This document shows positions 28,722 through 39,664 of a stretch of DNA of 64,000 nt, one piece after another (positions within the stretch are counted from its first letter, which is position 1; the number at the start of each line of letters is the position of its first letter). The position numbers and the translations under genes were made by a program. The notes under the pieces were generated by a model. The model saw only the letters and a program-made list of their open reading frames with translations, was not told the origin of the DNA and searched no databases. This DNA is from an uncultured Acidimicrobiales bacterium (GTDB lineage: Bacteria; Actinomycetota; Acidimicrobiia; Acidimicrobiales; DATKAS01). The stretch is from the NCBI GenBank assembly GCA_963726695.1, contig CAVSDE010000006.1, forward strand, positions 245,209 to 309,208, given 5' to 3'.

Positions 28722-29002
28722 GCTGACCAACGGGGGCCCGAGCAACGGGAACCGATGCCGGGGGGGCGGACGAAGGCCACGAGGCGCCAGTGCGGTTGTG
28801 CACTGGTGGCGATGCGTTTGGAGGGAGTGTGACCCCCGCCCGGAACCCCGGATGGCCGACGGGGGCGATTCCGCCGGCTCTGTCTTATCGGCCGCGATCC
28901 TCCCGATCTTGAGCGCTTTCGGCACTTACCGGTTCTTTTGGTGTTTTTCGTGCCCCAAGGCCGAGAAACGTTGAGAATCGGGCCGCCTAGCGTGGCGCAT
29001 GC

Positions 29003-29209
29003 ATGTTCCTCGGTGACCAGCTGCTCGCCTATCTGGTGCTCGCCATGGGCGGCGCGCTGCTCGTCGGCAACGTGCTTGCCCTGGTCAAGCCACCGCCGGA
29101 AGCCAAGGAAGGCGAGCTCGAGCGGGCGCCGGTCGCTCGCAGCCTGGTGATGGCCGGGATCGGGCTCATCGCCGCCGTCTGGGCAGTGGCGAGCCTCTTC
29201 GCGGGCTGA
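29003..29209 (+). CDS. Small two-TM membrane protein (68 aa)
   Basis: MFLGDQLLAYLVLAMGGALLVGNVLALV...SLVMAGIGLIAAVWAVASLF. Coding status rests only on hydrophobic periodicity and ORF integrity. Confidence 0.45.
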   Translation: MFLGDQLLAYLVLAMGGALLVGNVLALVKPPPEAKEGELERAPVARSLVMAGIGLIAAVWAVASLFAG

Positions 29210-29240
29210 GCGGCCACCGCGGGGTCAGAACACGCCGCGG

Positions 29241-30053
29241 TCAGAACACGCCCCGCAGGATCGCCGCCACACCGCCCGCCGCCGCGAACGCCAGCACGAG
29301 TCGCCGGACGACACCCACGGACAGGCGACGCGCGAGCAGATGACCGATGCCGAACCCCACCGCGATCGCGGCGGCGAAGACCAACGCGCGAGGAGCGCCG
29401 ATCCGCAGCGGGCCGAGCGCGACGACCGCGACGAGGTTCAACGCGAGGAAGTAGAGCTGGAACGTGCCTCGCATTCGATCGGGATCCCAGTCCGCGTTGA
29501 CGCCGTACATCGCGACGGCTGGCCCCGACAGTCCGCCGACCACGTTCATCGTCGCCGACACGAACCCCGCCGCAATTGCTCCTCCCCGCCCACGCAGCTG
29601 GCGGACGCGCAAGCCCGACGCGAGCGCGGCGACGCTCAGCAACGTGGCGCACCCGGCGGCGATCGACAGCGTGCTCGTGTTCGTGCGATGCACGATGCCG
29701 ACGACGAACGGCGTGATGACGACGGCGGGGATCAGCAGGCTCAGTGCGGCGCGGACGTCGACGTGGGCGCGGTGGGTGACCAGACCAACGCTGCTGACGC
29801 CGACCGAGCACATGTTGACGAGGCGCACGCCGACGGCCGGGCCGAGCACCAGCACCATGACCGGGGCACAGACCAAGGAGAAGCCGAGGCCCGCGACCGC
29901 TTGAGCGAACGCGCCGGCGGCGACTGCCAGCGCCGTGACGACGAGCGCATCAGCGGCGAGGTCGATGTTCAACGCGCGCGGACCGGGCTCGCGGTCAGCG
30001 AGCGAGATGCCAGCGGAACCAGTCGACTGTGCGGGTGAGCCCTTCGCGGACAT
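29241..30053 (-). CDS. TauE/SafE family sulfite/anion exporter
   Basis: Polytopic: [37 protein letters not shown]. The track start at 30053 overlaps the upstream gene by 59 nt. A TTG at ~29972 is an alternative start. Confidence 0.8.
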   Translation of the reverse strand: MSAKGSPAQSTGSAGISLADREPGPRALNIDLAADALVVTALAVAAGAFAQAVAGLGFSLVCAPVMVLVLGPAVGVRLVNMCSVGVSSVGLVTHRAHVDVRAALSLLIPAVVITPFVVGIVHRTNTSTLSIAAGCATLLSVAALASGLRVRQLRGRGGAIAAGFVSATMNVVGGLSGPAVAMYGVNADWDPDRMRGTFQLYFLALNLVAVVALGPLRIGAPRALVFAAAIAVGFGIGHLLARRLSVGVVRRLVLAFAAAGGVAAILRGVF

Positions 30054-30954
30054 CGATCTTGGGTTCCCAGCCGAGCTCGGCGCGCGCCAGCGTGATGTCG
30101 GGCCGACGCTGCATTGGGTCGTCCTGCGGAAGCGGCCGGTACTCGACAGTCGAACGAGACCCCGTGATCTCGATGACGAGCTGGGCGAACTGGGCGACGG
30201 TGTACTCGTCGGGGTTGCCGATGTTCACGGGGCCGACGTAGCTCGAGTCGAGCAGCGCGAGCTGGCCGTCGATCTGATCGTCGACGTAGCAGAAGCTTCG
30301 GGTCTGGGAGCCGTCGCCGTACAGCGTCAGTGGCTCGCCGCGGAGCGCTTGCACGACGAAGTTCGTCACGACGCGTCCATCGTCGGCCCTCATGCGCGGG
30401 CCGTAGGTGTTGAACGTGCGCACGATGCGGACGTCGAGGTCGTGGGCGCGGTGATACGCCATCGTCATGGCCTCGGCGAACCGCTTCGCCTCGTCGTACA
30501 CGCCGCGAGGCCCGATGGGGTTGACGTTGCCCCAGTAGTCCTCGGTCTGCGGATGCACGAGCGGATCGCCGTACACCTCGCTCGTCGAGTTCAGCTGGAA
30601 CTTCGCGCCCTTCGCCCGGGCGAGCCCGAGCGAGTTGTGGGTGCCGAGGCTGCCGACCTTCAGGATCTGGATCGGGATCTTCGAGAAGTCGATGGGCGAC
30701 GCCGGGCTCGCGAGGTGCAGCACCGTGTCGACGTGACCTGGCACCCAGATGTACTCGGAGACGTCGTGGTGGATGTAGGTGAAGCCGGCGCGCCCGAAGA
30801 GGTGCTCGAGGTTGGAGATCGCCCCCGACACGAGGTTGTCCACTGCGATGACCGAGTCGCCGCGGTCGAGGAGCCGCTCGCACATGTGCGACCCGAGAAA
30901 TCCGGCGCCGCCGGTGACGACGATGCGCCGACCGCCGTCGGGCGGACTGACCAT
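29995..30954 (-). CDS. UDP-glucuronate decarboxylase (UXS-type short-chain dehydrogenase/epimerase)
   Basis: Start [36 protein letters not shown] catalytic motif, C-terminal [16 protein letters not shown]. 1-nt TGATG overlap with the upstream dehydrogenase. Confidence 0.9.
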   Translation of the reverse strand: MVSPPDGGRRIVVTGGAGFLGSHMCERLLDRGDSVIAVDNLVSGAISNLEHLFGRAGFTYIHHDVSEYIWVPGHVDTVLHLASPASPIDFSKIPIQILKVGSLGTHNSLGLARAKGAKFQLNSTSEVYGDPLVHPQTEDYWGNVNPIGPRGVYDEAKRFAEAMTMAYHRAHDLDVRIVRTFNTYGPRMRADDGRVVTNFVVQALRGEPLTLYGDGSQTRSFCYVDDQIDGQLALLDSSYVGPVNIGNPDEYTVAQFAQLVIEITGSRSTVEYRPLPQDDPMQRRPDITLARAELGWEPKIDVREGLTRTVDWFRWHLAR

Positions 30955-32225
30955 CAGCGTCCGATGCCCTGGTAGTTGAACCCACGCCGAGCGGCTGCGG
31001 ATCGGTCGAGCACGTTGCGGCTGTCGACGATCGCCGGGTTCGCCATCACTGCGGCGACCTTGTCGAGGTCGAGCCAGCGGAACTCGTCCCACTCGGTCAG
31101 GACGACGAGCACGTCCGCTCCTTCGCACGCGGCGTAGGGATCGGCGCAGACTTCGAGGCCCTCGATCGAAGAGTTGACCGCGGGATCGTACGCACGGACC
31201 GTCGCACCGCGCGCGGTGAGCCGTCGGATGACCTCCAGTGCGGGGGAGTCGCGCAGGTCGTCGGTGCGGGCTTTGAACGCGAGACCCCAGGCGGCCACCT
31301 TGCGACCGGACACCGATCCGCCGACCGCCTCCGAGACCTTCGAGACCACCCGCTCGAGCTGCTGCTCGTTCACGGTGATCACGCCCTTGAGGAGGTCGAA
31401 GTCATACCCGCTGTCTTCGGCGATCCGCACGAGTGCCCGCGTGTCCTTGGGCAGGCACGAGCCGCCCCAACCGGGCCCGGGGCGCAGAAACTGATGGCCG
31501 ATGCGGGGGTCGTACCCCATGCCCAGCACGACGTCGTTGACGTCGGCGCCCACCGCTTCACACACCGCCGCGATCGCGTTGACGAACGACACCTTGGTCG
31601 CGAGGAACGCGTTGCTGGCGTACTTGATCGTCTCCGCCGATGCGGGGTCGGTGACGATCGGCGGCGATGCGATGCCGAGGTAGAGCGAAGCCACCCGGAT
31701 GGCCGCCGACTGGTCGTCGCTTCCGATGACGATGCGGTCGGGATGGAGGAAGTCGTGCACCGCCGATCCCTCGCGGAGGAACTCGGGGTTCGAGACGACG
31801 AACACATCGCTGCGGCCGAGCACCCGCTCGACGACGCGAGTCGAGCCGACGGGCACCGTGGACTTGTTCACGACGATCGACTCGGACGGAAGCACAGGCC
31901 CGATGACTCGAGCGACATCTTCGATGTGGGAGAGGTCGGCGCTGCCGTCCGCGCCTTGCGGCGTCGGCACGCAGAGATAGGCGAACTCGCACGAGGCCGC
32001 GGCTGCGGCGCTGTCGGTCGTGAAGCGGAGGTTGCCGTTCGCGAGCCCTTCCTTCACGAGCTCCTCGAGGCCGTCTTCGACGATGGGGATCACGCCGTTG
32101 CTGAGGTGCTCGACTCGCCGCGGGTCGATGTCCGCGCCGATCACCCGGTGACCCAGATGGGCCAGGCACGCCGCCGTCGTGATGCCCACATACCCGGTGC
32201 CGATGACGACGATGTCTGCGCTCAT
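30954..32225 (-). CDS. ugd: UDP-glucose 6-dehydrogenase
   Basis: Start [43 protein letters not shown] (catalytic Cys), [15 protein letters not shown]. Confidence 0.9.
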   Translation of the reverse strand: MSADIVVIGTGYVGITTAACLAHLGHRVIGADIDPRRVEHLSNGVIPIVEDGLEELVKEGLANGNLRFTTDSAAAAASCEFAYLCVPTPQGADGSADLSHIEDVARVIGPVLPSESIVVNKSTVPVGSTRVVERVLGRSDVFVVSNPEFLREGSAVHDFLHPDRIVIGSDDQSAAIRVASLYLGIASPPIVTDPASAETIKYASNAFLATKVSFVNAIAAVCEAVGADVNDVVLGMGYDPRIGHQFLRPGPGWGGSCLPKDTRALVRIAEDSGYDFDLLKGVITVNEQQLERVVSKVSEAVGGSVSGRKVAAWGLAFKARTDDLRDSPALEVIRRLTARGATVRAYDPAVNSSIEGLEVCADPYAACEGADVLVVLTEWDEFRWLDLDKVAAVMANPAIVDSRNVLDRSAAARRGFNYQGIGR

Positions 32226-32350
32226 GCGATATCCGATCGGTTCCGCCACACGAGTTGAGAGCCTAAGGGGCGTCACTCATGACCCGAACGCCGCGAACGT
32301 AGTCCGAACGACCCTTGACAGGTGACTTCAGAGTCACCTTTACTGATTCA

Positions 32351-32734
32351 ATGGACGACGTGTTCCGGGCGCTCGCCGAGCCCGCTCGCCGGCGGCTCCT
32401 CGATCGTCTCGTCGAGCAGGACGGGCTCACACTGCGTGAGCTGTGTGCGGTCATCCCCGAGCTCACGAGGTTCGGTGTCATGAAGCACCTCGCCGTGCTC
32501 GAGGCCGCGCACCTCGTCACGTGGCGCAAGGTGGGACGCGAGAAGCACCACTACCTCAACCCCGTCCCGATCCGCGAGATCCACGACCGCTGGATCTCGA
32601 AGTTTGCCGAGCCTTGGGCGGCCGCGATGGTCGACCTCAAGCGCGATCTGGAAGGAGCAGCACCGTGGCCCAACCCCGACACGTCTTCGAGACCTACATC
32701 AAGGCGAGCCAGGACCGCATCTGGCAAGCACTGA
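32351..32734 (+). CDS. ArsR/SmtB family transcriptional regulator
   Basis: MDDVFRALAEPARRRLLDRLVEQDGLTLRELCAVIPELTRFGVMKHLAVLEAAHLV. The 3' end overlaps the next gene. Confidence 0.85.
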   Translation: MDDVFRALAEPARRRLLDRLVEQDGLTLRELCAVIPELTRFGVMKHLAVLEAAHLVTWRKVGREKHHYLNPVPIREIHDRWISKFAEPWAAAMVDLKRDLEGAAPWPNPDTSSRPTSRRARTASGKH

Positions 32735-33591
32735 CCGACCCAGAGCTGACCGCGCGCTACTTCTTCGGCACCCGTGTGGAGTCGTCGTGGGAGGTCGGCG
32801 CGCCGTACTCGTACTCGATGAGTGCACGGGTCGCGATTGCCGGTGAGATCGTGGAGGTCGATCCGCCCAAGCGGCTCGTGATGACCTTCCGCGCGCAGTT
32901 CGACGACGCGACCGCAGCCGAGCCGGCGTCGCTCGTCACGTGGGAGATCACGCCTCTCGGCTCGGTGTGCCGGGTGACGTGCGTGCACACCGACCTCTTC
33001 GGTGCTCCTCACACATGGGCGGCGACGGCGGACGGGTGGAACGTGGTCCTCAACGGGATGAAGACGCTGCTCGAGACCGGCGAGCCGCTGGGCGACGTGC
33101 CCGACGACGGTGCTTCTCCGTTCGGCTCGCCGAGTGCTCCGGATCTGCAGTGGCATCGCTCCCTCGGGATCGAGTGCAACAACGGCACCTATGACCTGCT
33201 CGAGCGGAACGATCGCACGGAGGCCGAGACCGAGGCGATGATCGACACGGCCCACGCCGCGAAGTACCACTGGGGCAAGGTGGGCGTGCCGATCAACCAG
33301 CTGCGCGCCGAGTACCTGTGCAGCCGGGTCTACGCGTTCGTGGGGCGGACGGAGCCGGCGCTGCACCATGCGCGCAAAGCAGTCGCGCTCGCGGAACAGC
33401 TCGGTGTCGCGGACTTCGACCTCGCGTTCGTCCACGAGGGGATGGCACGCGCGCTGGCGTGCGCCAGCGACGAGGAGGCCGCTCGACGCGAGCTCGCTGT
33501 CGTCGCGAGCATCCCGATCGTCGATCCGGAAGACAAGGAGATCGTCGACGCCGACCTTGCGAAGGAGCCGTGGTACGGCGTCAGGCGCTGA
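32665..33591 (+). CDS. SRPBCC (AHSA1-like) domain fused to a C-terminal helical (TPR-like) domain
   Basis: GTG start 7 nt after GGAAGGAG. HVFETYIKASQDRIWQALTDPELTARYFFG...VTWEITPLGSVCRVTCVH, then ~140 aa of helical repeat (AHAAKYHW...LHHARKAVALAEQLG...). Confidence 0.75.
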   Translation: MAQPRHVFETYIKASQDRIWQALTDPELTARYFFGTRVESSWEVGAPYSYSMSARVAIAGEIVEVDPPKRLVMTFRAQFDDATAAEPASLVTWEITPLGSVCRVTCVHTDLFGAPHTWAATADGWNVVLNGMKTLLETGEPLGDVPDDGASPFGSPSAPDLQWHRSLGIECNNGTYDLLERNDRTEAETEAMIDTAHAAKYHWGKVGVPINQLRAEYLCSRVYAFVGRTEPALHHARKAVALAEQLGVADFDLAFVHEGMARALACASDEEAARRELAVVASIPIVDPEDKEIVDADLAKEPWYGVRR

Positions 33592-33603
33592 GCAGCGAAG
33601 GGC

Positions 33604-34751
33604 TCAGAAGAGGCGCGACGTCGCCAGGTCCGCGCCGGCACGCATCGCCGGCAGCTTCTCCCACACCACGGATGGCGCGACGTCGCCGATGCCGGCGGAG
33701 GTGTCGAACCCGCAGTCGGTGGTCGACGATCACGCGTCGCGGGTCGCCGACCGACTGCGCCACGCGCTCGATGCGCTCGGCCACGACCTCGGGGTGCTCG
33801 ACGTAGTTGCTGGTCGTGTCGATCACGCCGGCGATGAGGACCATGCCGTCGGGGAGCGGCGCGCGGGTGAAGCACGCGTGCTCGTGGGCGTGCCGGGCGT
33901 TGGCCATCGAGAGCACGAGTGCACCGACCTGCGCCCGGTAGAGCAGCGGGAGGATGTCGGCGAGCGCGACATCGAGCGTGTGGGGACCCTCGTAGTTGCC
34001 CCAGCACACGTGCAGCCGCACTCGTGTCGGGTCGATGCCGGCCAGTGCTCGGTTGGTGGCCTCGATGACGAGCTCGACCCATCCGAGGAACTCGTCGAGC
34101 GGCGCGTCAGCGAAGAGCGTGTGCCGCTCCATCGCGAGATCGGGCGCGTCGATCTGCAGCAGCAGTCCCTGGTCGACGATGTACCGGTACTCGATCGACA
34201 GCGCGTCGGCGACCGCGCGGACGTACTCCTCGCGCGACGGGTAGTAACGGTTCTCCATCGCCGACGACGACGATCCCGGGCGACGCCGCCGTCATGAACG
34301 TCTCGGCGAAGCCCGCGTCGGCGACGAGGGCACATTCGGCCGTCGACCTCGGACGTGTCGCGGTAGGTCGACCGCGCCGATCGCCGCCGGCGCGGCCATC
34401 AGGTTGACCTTCATCCGCGCGTACCGAGGAGCGGCGAGCTCGAGGTAGTCGGGATGCTCGGCGAGGTCGCGCATCAGCGGTCGCTGGCTCTGATCGCCGA
34501 AGCCGGTCATGCGATGCTGCACGTACGTGACGAAGCTCTCCGCGCCTGCTCGCCGTCGTTGCCGATGTCGATGCCTGCGTCACGCTGCGCGGCGATGCTC
34601 GCCGCGGTGGCTGCAGCGACCACGTCGCGAAGCTCGGCGTCGTCGACGACCTCGCCGCGACTGCGACGGCCGTGCAGCTCGGCGAGCTGCCCTCGGGCCG
34701 GGGGAGGCTGCCCGCGTGCGTGACGAGGATGCGGTTTTCGCTCGTGAGCAT
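33604..34751 (-). pseudogene. Cobalamin-independent methionine synthase (MetE C-terminal-like, family II) protein with ~6 frame breaks
   Basis: The collinear protein is recoverable only by switching frame at ~34693, ~34527, ~34372, ~34340, ~34262 and ~33723. Pieces: MLTSENRILVTHAGSLPRPE / LAELHGRRSRGEVVDD..AAQRDAGIDIGNDGEQAR / SFVTYVQHRMTGFG.. / YRDTSEVDG / ECALVADAGFAETFMTAASPGIVV / MENRYYPSREEY...HVCWGNYEGPH...VIVSTDCGF-like tail ending ...DLATSRLF*. Confidence 0.7.
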
Positions 34752-34810
34752 GCGACAGTCTCTCGCAGTTGACAAACTTCACGTGTCATTAATCATCAAT
34801 GAAATAGTGA

Positions 34811-35253
34811 GTGATTCTGGTGAGTGATCTTGCCGCGGTGCGAGTGACGGTGCGCGTCGCCGTCGACCCTGTGACCGCGTTCGACGTCTTCACGAACGAG
34901 ATCGACGAGTGGTACCGAAAGAGGGCAGCGGTGTTGACGAGAGCGTCTCGCACCTCGACGCTTCGCTTCGAGCCCGGGGTCGGAGGACGGCTGCTCGAGA
35001 TCCCCGACGATGGGCGTCCTCCGATCCCCCGGGGTCAGGTCACCGCCTGGGAGCCGGGACGACGGTTGCTCTTCGTCGACCGCCGCGACGCGGAGGTCGA
35101 GATCTGGTTCCACGGGTTCGACGAGGAACGCGGGTCGTGCTCGAGCACCGCGGTCCGGACAAGCTCCCTCCAGACGCCGCTGTCGCTGCCTCCAAGTACA
35201 GCTGGCGAAAGCTCGCCGAGTTCTTCGAAGCCCACATGAAGGAGGGGTCATGA
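34811..35253 (+). CDS. SRPBCC family protein, one frame break near 35130
   Basis: VRVAVDPVTAFDVFTNEIDEWY...GQVTAWEPGRRLLFV. The tail TRVVLEHRGPDKLPPDAAVAASKYSWRKLAEFFEAHMKEGS is in the frame of ORF 34909-35253. Confidence 0.65.
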
Positions 35254-35709
35254 CCAAGAAGGTGGAGTTCAGAGGGTTGCTGCCGTACCTCGACGACGAG
35301 GACGCCGGAGCGATGCTCGACTGGCTGAGCCGGGTGTTCGGCTTCGAGGAGCGGGGCCGCTACGTCGACAAGGACGGCATCGTGCGCCAGGCCGAGATGC
35401 TCGTCGGTGACTCACGAGCTCTGGTTCTCGGGTCACGGGCCCGGCTTCTGGGAGGCGAGGGGAGGCCGACCAGACACAGTGGATCGGCGTGTGGGTCGAC
35501 GACGTCGATGCCCAATGACGAGCGGGTGCGAGGCGGCCGGCGTCGAAGTCGAGCCCCCGGACGACCAGGACTACGACGTGCGCAGCTACCAGGTGAAGGA
35601 CCCCGAGGGCGTCATCTGGGGCTTCATGACGCGGCTCGGTCAGCCCTACGTCCAACGCATCCCGACCGAGGAAGGCGGCCTGGAGGAGGTGCTCCCAGCC
35701 GAGGGTTAG
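35250..35709 (+). pseudogene. VOC/glyoxalase family protein with ~3 frame breaks (~35405, ~35465, ~35515)
   Basis: MTKKVEFRGLLPYLDDEDAGAMLDWLSRVFGFEERGRYVDKDGIVRQAEMLVGDS / HELWFSGHGPGFWEA / QWIGVWVDDVDA / AAGVEVEPPDDQDYDVRSYQVKDPEGVIWGFMT. The ATG overlaps the previous stop (ATGA). Confidence 0.65.
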
Positions 35710-35718
35710 GGTCCGCCG

Positions 35719-38072
35719 ATGGCCGATCTCCCCCGCACGTCCCTGCCGATCCCGGATCGCAAGCCCGTCGGGCTGGTGACCTTCGACGCGAAGGACCCCG
35801 ACACTTCGTTTCCGCCCATCGAGACGTTGCTGCCGCCCGCTGGCGCTCCGAACGTGCTCATCGTGCTCCTCGACGACATCGGCTTCGGCGCATCGAGCGC
35901 GTTCGGCGGCCCGTGCGCAGACGCCGAACGCCGAACGGCTGGCCGCGAACGGCCTGAAGTTCTCGCGCTTCCACACCACCGCGCTGTGCTCGCCGACGCG
36001 GGCCGCGCTCCTGTCGGGCCGCAACCATCACACGGTGGGAATGGGCGGCATCACCGAGATCGCGACCTCCGGCGCCGGGTTACAACTCGTTGCGGCCCAA
36101 CACGTGCGCGCCGTTCGCCGAGACGTTGCGGTTGAACGGCTACTCGACCGCGCAGTTCGGCAAGTGCCATGAGGTGCCGGTGTGGGAGACGAGCCCGATG
36201 GGACCGTTCGACCACTGGCCGCATCCGGGCGGCGGATTCGAGTACTTCTACGGCTTCATCGGTGGTGAGACGAACCAGTACTACCCCGCGCTGTACGACG
36301 GCACCGTGCCGATCGAGACACCCAAGTCTCCCGAGGAGGGGTATCACCTCACCGAGGACATGACCGACAAGGCGATCACCTGGGTGCGTCAGCAGAAAGC
36401 GCTGATGCCCGATCGCCCGTTCTTCGCCTACTTCGCTCCGGGAGCGACCCATGCTCCCCATCACGTGCCCGCGGAGTGGTCAGCGAAGTACAAGGGCAAG
36501 TTCGACCAAGGGTGGGACTGGCTGCGCGAGGACACCTTCGCTCGCCAGAAGGCGCTCGGGGTGATCCCGGCCGACGCCGAGCTCACCGCGCGCCACGACG
36601 AGATCCCGGCCTGGGACGACATGCCCGACGTGCTCAAGCCCGTGCTCGCGCGGCAGATGGAGATCTACGCGGGCTTCCTCGAGCACACCGACCACCACGT
36701 CGGCCGCCTCCTCGATGCCGTCGACGAGCTCGGCCTCCTGGACAACACGATCGTCTACTACATCATCGGCGACAACGGTGCGAGCGCCGAGGGCACCCTC
36801 AACGGCTGCTTCAACGAGCTGATCCTGCTGAACGGAGGCGCGGGGCTCGAGACCCCAGAGTTCCTGGCGTCGCACATCGACGACTTCGGCACGCCGAAGG
36901 CCTACAACCACTACGCGGTGGGCTGGGCTCACGCGATGTGCGCGCCGTATCAGTGGACGAAGCAGGTCGCATCCCACTGGGGCGGCACCCGCAACGGCAC
37001 CATCGTGCACTGGCCCGCGGGCATCACGGCAAAGGGCGAGGTGCGCGATCAGTTCCATCACGTGATCGATGTCGCTCCGACTGTGCTCGACGCAGCGGGA
37101 CTCCCCGAGCCGACTTTCGTGCACGGTGTGCAGCAGCTTCCCTACGAGGGCGTGAGCATGCGGTATGCGTTCGCCGACGCGGCCGCGGCTGGCCGGCACG
37201 AGACGCAGTACTTCGAGATGTTCTGCAACCGCGGCATCTACCACAAGGGTTGGACTGCGGTGACTCGTCACAGCGTGCCGTGGGACATCACCGCCCCGAT
37301 GCCCCCCCTGCTCGAGGACAGGTGGGAGCTGTACTCGGACACCGACTGGACGCAGGCGCACGACTTGTCGGCAGAGATGCCGGAGAAGCTCGCGGCGCTT
37401 CAGCAGCTCTGGCTCATCGAGGTGAGCAAGTACAACGTGCTGCCACTCGACGATCGGCGCGTCGAGCGGTTCAACTCCGATCTCGCCGGCAGGCCGACGC
37501 TGATCAAGGGGACGCAGCAGATCCTGTTCAATGGGATGCGCAGGCTCAGCGAGAACTCGGTGCTGAACCTGAAGAACAAATCGCACACGGTCACGTCGGA
37601 GATCGTCGTCGGCGAGCACGCGAGCGGGGTCATCGTGGCTCAGGGCGGCGAGTTCGGAGGATGGTCGCTCTACCTGGCCGACGGGAAGCCGAGGTACTGC
37701 TACAACCTGTTCGGCGTGTTCCGGTTCCATGTCGGCGCCGATGCGATCGTGCCCGAGGGGACGCATCAGGTCCGGGTCGAGTTCGCCTACGACGGCGGTG
37801 GCCTTGCGAAAGGCGGCACGGCGGCGATCTTTCTCGACGGTGCGAAGGTGGGCGAAGGTCGCATCGATGCAACAGTGCCGATGATCTTCTCGGCCGACGA
37901 GACCCTCGACCTCGGAAGCGACACGGGCTCATCCGTGAGCGACGAGTACACGTCGGCGACGAGTCACTTCACCGGCACGGTGAACTGGGTGCAGCTCGAC
38001 ATCGCCGACGACGACAACGATCACTTCATCACCGCGGAAGAGCGCATGAAGGTGGCGATGGCCCGCCAGTAG
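35719..38072 (+). CDS. Arylsulfatase (formylglycine type), two +1 frame breaks in the N-terminal region (~35917, ~36071)
   Basis: [22 protein letters not shown] / [38 protein letters not shown] (C-x-P-x-R FGly motif) / [33 protein letters not shown]. Then 660 aa are intact. Confidence 0.85.
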
Positions 38073-38075
38073 CGA

Positions 38076-39077
38076 TCAGGGGCGCACGAGCAAGAGCAGG
38101 TCGTACGCGAGCTCACTGACGCGTCGGCCGCTGCCGGCCATCACGATGCTGCGAAAGCGTCCGTCGAGGTGCTGCTCGGCTTGGCCGGCCAGACCGAGAC
38201 CCCAGCGCAGCGTGCCGAGAGCGCGCCACCACCGGAAGCGATCGTCATCCCAGACTCCGCCGCCCGCTTCGTAGCCTTCGCGGAGCACCGACACCCGGGC
38301 GAGGCCACCGACGGTGAGCGCATCCTCGCCGAACCGCCACATGCGCGTGCACGGCCAGGCGACGTCGTCGAGCGGATCGCCCAGGTGGGCGCCCTCCCAG
38401 TCGAGGATGCCGACCAGGCCGCGCTCGTCGACGATGAGGTTGCCGTTCCGGGCGTCTCCATGGACGATCGCGCATCGGACCGGTTCGTCGGGAGCGTGGT
38501 CCTCGAGCCACCGCATGCCGTAGGAGAAGGCGGGCTCCGGCTGCAACAGCACGCTCATCAGCTCGCGCATGCGCTCGAGCATCGAGCCGATCGGACGGTC
38601 GTCGGGCGGCCGCACGAGGGTCTCGGGGGCCTTTGTCGCGTCGATGCCATGAAGGAGGGCAAGTGCCGTGCCGAGCTCGCGGACGACGGTCTCGCCGTTC
38701 CCCGTGCGCTCGGCCTGTCGCAGCACGCGGCGCGGGATCGTCTCGCCGTCGAGCCTCTCGCTGAGGAAGAACGGTCCGCCGAGGTACTTCGGGTCGGTGC
38801 AGACACCGCGGATGCGAGGAGTCGCAACGCCAGCATCTGCGGCGAGCTCGCGCACCGTGGCTTCGGTCGTGACGTCGACGATCTGGATCTCCGCCGTGGG
38901 CATCGCGGTGGCGACGAGCCGTTCGACGCCACGCGGCCCCACTGCGTCGAACAGGAGGTTTCGGCGCCGCGCTCCCGCAGTGCTCTGCGAGACGTTCTCG
39001 ATCGTGACCTGCTCGCCGCGCTCGTCGGCGAACCACGCGGCAAGGCCCTCTGCGACGCTCATGCCAGGGGTCGTCAT
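38076..39077 (-). CDS. Phosphotransferase (APH/ChoK-like kinase fold) family protein
   Basis: Catalytic loop IVHGDARNGNLIV and DWEGAHLGDPLDD. Intact 333 aa. Confidence 0.85.
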   Translation of the reverse strand: MTTPGMSVAEGLAAWFADERGEQVTIENVSQSTAGARRRNLLFDAVGPRGVERLVATAMPTAEIQIVDVTTEATVRELAADAGVATPRIRGVCTDPKYLGGPFFLSERLDGETIPRRVLRQAERTGNGETVVRELGTALALLHGIDATKAPETLVRPPDDRPIGSMLERMRELMSVLLQPEPAFSYGMRWLEDHAPDEPVRCAIVHGDARNGNLIVDERGLVGILDWEGAHLGDPLDDVAWPCTRMWRFGEDALTVGGLARVSVLREGYEAGGGVWDDDRFRWWRALGTLRWGLGLAGQAEQHLDGRFRSIVMAGSGRRVSELAYDLLLLVRP

Positions 39078-39451
39078 GTCTCTTCTCTCGTCCAGTCCGC
39101 GTACCCGGGCTTCGAGATGGCCAGATCGTCGCGGACTGTGGACAGGAGCGCGTCGTAGATCGCAGCCGACGTGGCGCTGTCGATGGGCTCGGGGTCGGCG
39201 AGCCTGTCGAGCAGCATCGACCGGAGCGCGGCGACGTCCGTGTCGTTCGGTTGGTGGAACAAGGTCGCGAGCCGTACTCGCTCAGCGTCGGCCGCGGCGG
39301 GGCCGAGCCGCAGCTCGCGCTCGACGATGCCGGCAAGGTTCGCGGCGACGCGCACGCGGTGGCGCAACGGGTCTTGCACCGCGTCGATCGTCTCGGTGAG
39401 CAGATCTGAGATGTCGGCCAGCAGCTCGGCGGCCGTGGGGCGCTGTTGCAT
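39074..39451 (-). CDS. Small helical protein usually paired with this phosphotransferase (DUF6285-like)
   Basis: MQQRPTAAELLADISDLLTE...RVRVAANLAGIVEREL. ATGA overlap with the downstream kinase-fold gene. Confidence 0.65.
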   Translation of the reverse strand: MQQRPTAAELLADISDLLTETIDAVQDPLRHRVRVAANLAGIVERELRLGPAAADAERVRLATLFHQPNDTDVAALRSMLLDRLADPEPIDSATSAAIYDALLSTVRDDLAISKPGYADWTREET

Positions 39452-39664
39452 ACCTAGTCGATGATGCCAGCCGCGGCCCGTGCCCGTTCCTTCGCGGGCT
39501 CAAGGACGGACCACGCTCGAGGGGTACGGTGGGCCCCGGCGCGCAGGGCGCCACCGGTCCGCGGGAAGGGCTGAGCCCACCTGAGGTGCAGTGCGAGCGG
39601 TCTGGCCGAACACCTCCTTTCCGCCTGACGAACGCGGACCTCGGGCACGAGAGAGGAGGTCGCG

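Noticed and set aside
29223-29252. 16-bp-period direct duplication GGTCAGAACACGCC x2 that duplicates the last codons and stop of the TauE gene
   Set aside because: It is very short and consistent with a slippage duplication in the convergent intergenic spacer. No function can be argued from sequence alone.
33604-34751. Association of frame breaks with GTCGAC hexamers (three of six breaks in the MetE-like gene), suggesting methylation-motif basecalling errors
   Set aside because: GTCGAC (Val-Asp codons) is very common in this GC-rich coding DNA. Breaks in other genes are not at this motif, so there is no support without a proper count.
34807-34828. Direct repeat GTGAGTGAT x2 (13-nt period) in the AT-rich divergent promoter region, overlapping two candidate GTG starts
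   Set aside because: There are only two short copies and there is no palindromic symmetry. It could be chance. It matters only for start-codon choice (34811 versus 34820).
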